Under the pieces are notes generated by a model. The model was given only the letters and a program-made list of their open reading frames with translations. It ran no database searches and was not told the origin of the DNA. Positions 58,624 to 64,000 of a stretch of DNA of 64,000 nt are shown in pieces. This DNA is from Sedimentisphaerales bacterium. Lineage in GTDB: Bacteria > Planctomycetota > Phycisphaerae > Sedimentisphaerales > SM23-30. The stretch covers positions 11,468 through 75,467 of the forward strand of contig CAXXFK010000035.1 of NCBI GenBank assembly GCA_963663965.2, given 5' to 3'. Made by a program: the position numbers and the translations under genes. The number at the start of each line of letters is the position of its first letter. The first letter of the stretch is position 1.

Positions 58624-61600
58624 CTAATGGACTGACAATTCCGTCTCTTGAAGAGACGCCTTATCGTTCTTGTGTCTGGTTGAACCATCCTGGGGCACCG
58701 CCGGCAGCCACACAATAAAACTGGCGCCTTTACCCGGTTCGCTTTTTACGGTAATCGTCCCGTGATGTTTATCAATGATCTGCCTGCTAATATTCAGGCC
58801 CAACCCGGTTCCTTCACCGGCGGGCTTGGTGGTGAACAGCGGATCAAAGATCCGGTCAATAATATCACCGTGGATGCCGCACCCGGTATCGGTAACCGTT
58901 ACGGCGACACCATCTCCGCTGGATCGGATTTGAATCTTTAATTCCCCTTCATAATTCATCGCCTGCAACGCATTGATGATTAAATTGCTCCACACCTGAT
59001 TCAATTCATCCGCGTTGCCATAAACGGCGGGAATCGTTTCATACGACCTTTTCCAGTTTCACCTTGTCCTTGAGTTTATTGTGATAAAGGATCAACACCG
59101 TTTCCATACCCTCGCGAATATCGATCCTGTCTCGCGTTTCCTGTCCTCTTGCCCGCGTACCCTGATGAACATAATTTTTCAAAGCCATAATCGTTCGGCT
59201 GGCTTTCTGAATCGCAATATCGATAATGGCATGACTTCTGAAAATATCAGCAATGATTCTCAATCCTTGCAGTAACTGGCCGGAATTTTCCACCCGCAAT
59301 AACGATTCGTATGGTTCCCAGTTTTCATGTAATCCCATATCCACCAGCAAGGCCGCCATTTCACTGGGACGCGCCAGGTTGAGTTTTTCTAATTGAGTAC
59401 GAATCTGTTTGCGGAATTCTCTCTGTTCCCGAGTAGTCAGCGTTGCCTGACGGCCTGCCCGCAATTCATCCAAAAGTTTCCCAAGCAACTCGCCTTGCGG
59501 CCCGGAGAGCCAACCGGATAACTGTTCCAGGTTTTTCAGTAACGCATTCACATTTTGCATGATGATCGAATTGGACGCGTTGATGGCCCCCAAAGGCGAA
59601 TTCACCTCATGCGCCACCCCGGCAATCAAGTGGCCCAGCGCCGCCATTTTTTCCGAAAAAATCAATTTGCTCTGTGTTGATTTCAGTTCTTCATGGGCGG
59701 CCGCCAGTTTATCATGTTCCGCCTCCAGTTTGCCGGTTCGTTCGCGAACCAGTGTTTCCAGCCGTTCACTGTGCTGTTCCAACTGGCCGCGAGTCTGACG
59801 CAGCGATGCCTCCATCTGTTTCTGTTCGCTGATATCCACTCCAATCCCCACAATTTCGATCCTGCAGTTGCCGGATCCGTCATTTTACGAGTGGACCAGG
59901 CGATCCACAGCGTACGCTCATCACGAGTCAGGCATCGATTGAATCCCACGATATTGGCGGCTTCATGATCCGGCAATTCTGCATGTAATCTGGTCCGGAT
60001 CCGATTTCTGTCATCCGCATCCGCCACCAGCAGATCCATGGCATCGGTTCCCAGGATCTCTTCACCGGTATATCCCAATAATTTCTGGGCATAATCATTA
60101 ATGAACAACAACCGGAAAGTTTCATCCATGATGATAACCACACAATTTGCCGTTTGCAGGATCTTATCAAGACGGTCCTTGGCGGCGACAATCTCCTTCT
60201 TGGCATTGATCTGGCCGGTAATATCTGAAAACGACATGGCGAATCGCCCGCTCTCAGCCTGGATTTTGAAAACCGCCCCCTGGAAATACCGGCCGACAAT
60301 TTGATGATATAATTCGAATTTGACTGTTTTGCCTGTCATCGCCGTTTCGCCAAAACATTGCAGCCATTGCGGTTCCAACCGGGGCCAGATTTCCTGGATA
60401 TCCCGGTTGGCCACCTGCTGGCGACTGACTCCCATCACATTTTCGAATGCCGGATTAACGCTGATGAACCGGCAACCGGCAAATTGTCCGGCGTCATCCA
60501 GAATCGTATCGAAATAAGCCAGGCAATCATTATTCTTTTCGAAGAGCATCCGGAACATCTCTTCACTTTCTTTCAAAGCCCGCTCCTGACGATATTTTTC
60601 CGTGACATCGTGAAAAACCAGGATCACCCCCTGAATTTCATTCCCCTGACTCCGGATCGGCGCGGCGCTGTCGGAAATCTGATACTCTTTGCCATCTCGA
60701 GAGATCAGTGAGGTGTGGTGGCTGAGGTCGACAATCTGTCCGGTGTGCAAAACTTTATTCACTGGATTTTCACAGGGCATGCGCGTTTCCGTATCGATGA
60801 TACGAAATACTTCGGCCAGTTCCAAACCGAGAACCGCCTCCTTGCGCCAGCCCGTCAACAGTTCCGCGATGGGATTCATGGTTAAAATCCGGCCGTGGGC
60901 ATCCGTGGCAATGACCGCATCTCCTATACTATTGAGCATGATTTGCAGATTTTCTTCCCGTTCGCGCAAATCCAGTTCCATACGTTTGCGTTCAGTAATG
61001 TCCATATGCAATCCGATCATACGCGCCGGACTGCCATCCGGATTGCGCTCGGTGACTCGTCCGGCATCGTATATCCAGAACCATCCTTTTCGCATATGAC
61101 GGAAACGGAATTCCACCTGATAACAGGATGTCACCCCTTCCAGATGATCGTTTAAAACCCGCAAAACATGGTCCCGATCATCCTCATGGATATGGGTAAT
61201 CCAGTCCATATGCTGGACAGGATAATCCCTTCTGTCATAACCGGTGATCTCCAGCAAACTGTCAGATGGGATATGTTGATCCGCTACAATATCCCATTCC
61301 CATAATCCCATGCGCGCAGAAGCCATGGCCAGCGCCATGCGGTCTTCACCCTCCTGAATGGCTTGTTCACTGCGTTTCTGTTCACTGATATCCAGCAGCA
61401 GGCTGATAATTCGAACCGGAACCCCATCGGCGCGACGTTCGAACACCTGCCCGGTTTCCCGCAACCATATCCAATTTTTCAACGGATGAAAAAAACGATA
61501 TTCCATACTGAGTTGGCTGGTATGGCCTTCCAGATGATTTTGTAATGTCTGAATCGTGCGAACTTTGTCTTCCGGATGAATATTTTCCAGCCAGTAATAG

Positions 61601-63439
61601 AAATAATTATCAATCATGGGATCTGGTTCAATACCCAGGATTTCCAACCACCGATCGCTGACGCGAGTTTCATCGGCTTCCAGATTACGTTCCCACTCCC
61701 CTAAACACACGGATGCCATGGCCAGGCTTAATCGCTTTGAATCTTCCATAATCTTACGCCTGGCTTCGACATGTTCCGTGACATCTTTGACAATGGCCAG
61801 AATATACGTTTGGCCGCATAGTTCCACGCTGGACAAGGTCACCTCAGCGTCAAAAACCCTCCCATTCAACCGCCGATGCCACCAGGGAAAAGTACTGACC
61901 ATTTCGCCGGCCATCACCCGGGCAATAACATCCCTGGCCCGAGTCTCGGAACGGCCCCCGTCCGGTTGAAATTCCGGCGAGAGTTCCCAGGGGCGTTCTA
62001 CCCAGTAATTCATCCAGACTGCTGGCCCGGAACATATCCATGGCCCGGACATTGCATTCCACGGTTCGGCCATCCAGCATGAGCCAGGCGGCATCATTCG
62101 ATTGTTCAAACAGGCTGCGGTAGAGATCGCGGTTTTCCCGTAAATTCTGCTCCATCCGCCTGATGTCAGTCACTTCATGGATGATACCGACAATGACTTT
62201 CCGTTTGCCAATGTTTTCCAAGCGGTAGCTGGCTGCATATTGACAGACCGTATCGCCTGACCCATGCCCTTCAAATTCCCGCTGTAGCTCAACAATGCCC
62301 TCTTCAAAATCATCGCGTTTTACGCCAAACAAATCAGGGGGCGGAGCCATCCGCGAATCCGAGGCGGCCAGCATCAGCAGCCTGTTATTTTGATATATTC
62401 TTGCCTGATCATTCTGCCAGTAAATCGTCCCATCGATTCCTTTAATGAAAACGAGTTCCGGCACGGCACCCAGCGCCTGGATCAGAAATGCGATCCGATT
62501 CCGCAAAGTCATATGGATTTTGATCCACCCGACCACTCCAGTTGCGATCAAAATCAGGACAAAAACAAAATACGTGTTTCGATTCGCAGGTATTCTATCC
62601 AGCCCTTCATTCAAATCTGACCCGGTATCATTCAGGCCAGAAGACATAATGACCTGGTTCAGTATTTCCAATAATATCCCCTGTTCAGGATTTAAACGAA
62701 ATAGAAACTCTAACGGAGGCAGGTCCGGGCAGTTCGTCATCCAGACGATAGCATCCAGATCATAGGTTTTGATCAGGGATTTTCCAAAATATTCCGGCCC
62801 GATCCATCCATCAACCTGTCCTTCAGCCAGGCGCTCCAATCCCATTCGCCCGCTATCCAATTCAAGATATCCGGCATCAGGATACTGCTGTTTTATTGAA
62901 TCCACGCAGGTCCATTCCGGACTGATCGCGAGGGTGTGACCAGCGCCAATCTTTGATGAATCGATATTCGCGTTCCGATTGACAAACAATGCCTGAGTCA
63001 AGACCAGCCAGGGTTCGGTTGTAACGAAACCAGCTTCGTCACAATCCGAATTTTTTATGCCGAGAACCGCGACCGGATCACGACTTGTTTTCCGAAATTC
63101 GCCCAGTTCAGAATGCCTGCCAATCACACGGCAGGAAATCTTCAATCCCGTCTGCCGGCTTAACCGGTCACAAAATGTTGTTACGTAGGGGTCCAGCAGC
63201 CATACATGTTCATTACCCGGATAATCCACCTCCAGCAGAATCTCAAGATTCGGATGTTCTTTGATCCATTGCTGCATGACCGGATCGAGCACCTCAGACT
63301 GATTTTGCCGGTGACCGGAGGAAGCCTCCAAACACACATCCAACAGTAAAATCAGCATCAGGTTTACACTGACGATAAGCCGAAGCGACATGGTTCGATG
63401 AAATAAATCGTATAAATTTATAAAGTTGACTGGATACAT
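58624..63439 (-). CDS. Multi-PAS sensor histidine kinase with N-terminal solute-binding-like periplasmic domain (3 frameshifts as assembled)
   Basis: Fragments 61850..63439, 59683..62109, 59039..59851 and 58624..59004 join with single-base corrections; PAS/PAC repeats, AGVAHEVNSPL, NQVWSNLIINA, DTGCGI, FTTK, GTGLGL. Confidence 0.85.
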
Positions 63440-63536
63440 AATCTGGTCTTATGTTTTCCGTTGGTATCCAACATGAATTCCCTCCTGCCTGGCTCATGAC
63501 GGTATTGATTCAGCCAGCATACTTTACAACTCAGGA

Positions 63537-64000
63537 TCAAACGCCCAGTTCAACTGGCTGACAGGGTAATTTCAAAGTAAAGGTCGTTCCCAACCCCGGC
63601 TCTGACTCAACCTGAATGGAACCGGCATGTTTTTCGACGACGATGCGGTACGTCACCGACAAACCCTGTCCGGTTCCTTTGCCAACATCTTTTTGTGGTG
63701 AAAAAAGGATCGTAGATCCGGTTACGGATTTCATGAGGAATACCGATTCCGTTATCGCTCACGGCGATGATCGCATGTTCATTTTCACGATAACTCCGAA
63801 TCCTGATGACGCCTTTTTCAAACTCTTTGGCATGATCGATCCGTTCTTCAATGGCATGGGCGGCGTTGACGATCAGATTCAATAATACCTGGCTCAGATC
63901 ATTGGCATACCCTCTGATTTCGAGCGCCTTTTCTTCAAAACATTTCTCCACGTCAGCGAAATATCTCCATTCATTTCGCGCAATCATCACCGCGTTATCG
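63537..64000 (-). CDS. C-terminal HATPase part of a second histidine kinase (runs off window; +1 frameshift at 63690-63694)
   Basis: [38 protein letters not shown]. Confidence 0.85.

Overview
Bacterial chromosomal window, most likely from a Planctomycetota/Phycisphaerae (Sedimentisphaerales-like) organism. This is an inference from a prepilin-type/H-X9-DG protein, a PEP-CTERM protein and a LamG protein with dockerin-like repeats. The left half is mainly housekeeping genes (tRNA-Lys, def, rpsT, nfo, rsmE, nfi, ftsH, lptE, bamD, trpB2, sppA, galM) plus signalling genes and a complete group IIC intron (6995-8876) inserted just behind an intrinsic terminator. 37.1-52.8 kb is a 15-gene minus-strand locus for synthesis and transfer of a modified sugar: a Maf-N/CgeB-like glycosyltransferase, SDR, split transketolase, 3 radical SAM enzymes, 2 DegT aminotransferases, and methyl-, acetyl-, formyl- and FemAB-type transferases plus a WbuC cupin. 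An ISL3 element (53017-54342, 8-bp target duplication) interrupts a small membrane-protein gene. Two families of palindromic MITE-like repeats are present (2 x ~180 bp, 3 x 103 bp). The main unannotated signals are a full promoter / 44-aa leader peptide / antiterminator / terminator attenuator controlling a lone 64-aa unknown protein (21.6-22.2 kb), a candidate two-state structured RNA upstream of tRNA-Lys, and a sigma-54 activator with a pseudo-ArsC input domain. About 11 single-base frameshifts, almost all +1 in homopolymers and all right of 40.6 kb, are probably sequencing errors, so split genes are reported as merged CDSs. All calls come from reading motifs by eye; no searches were run.
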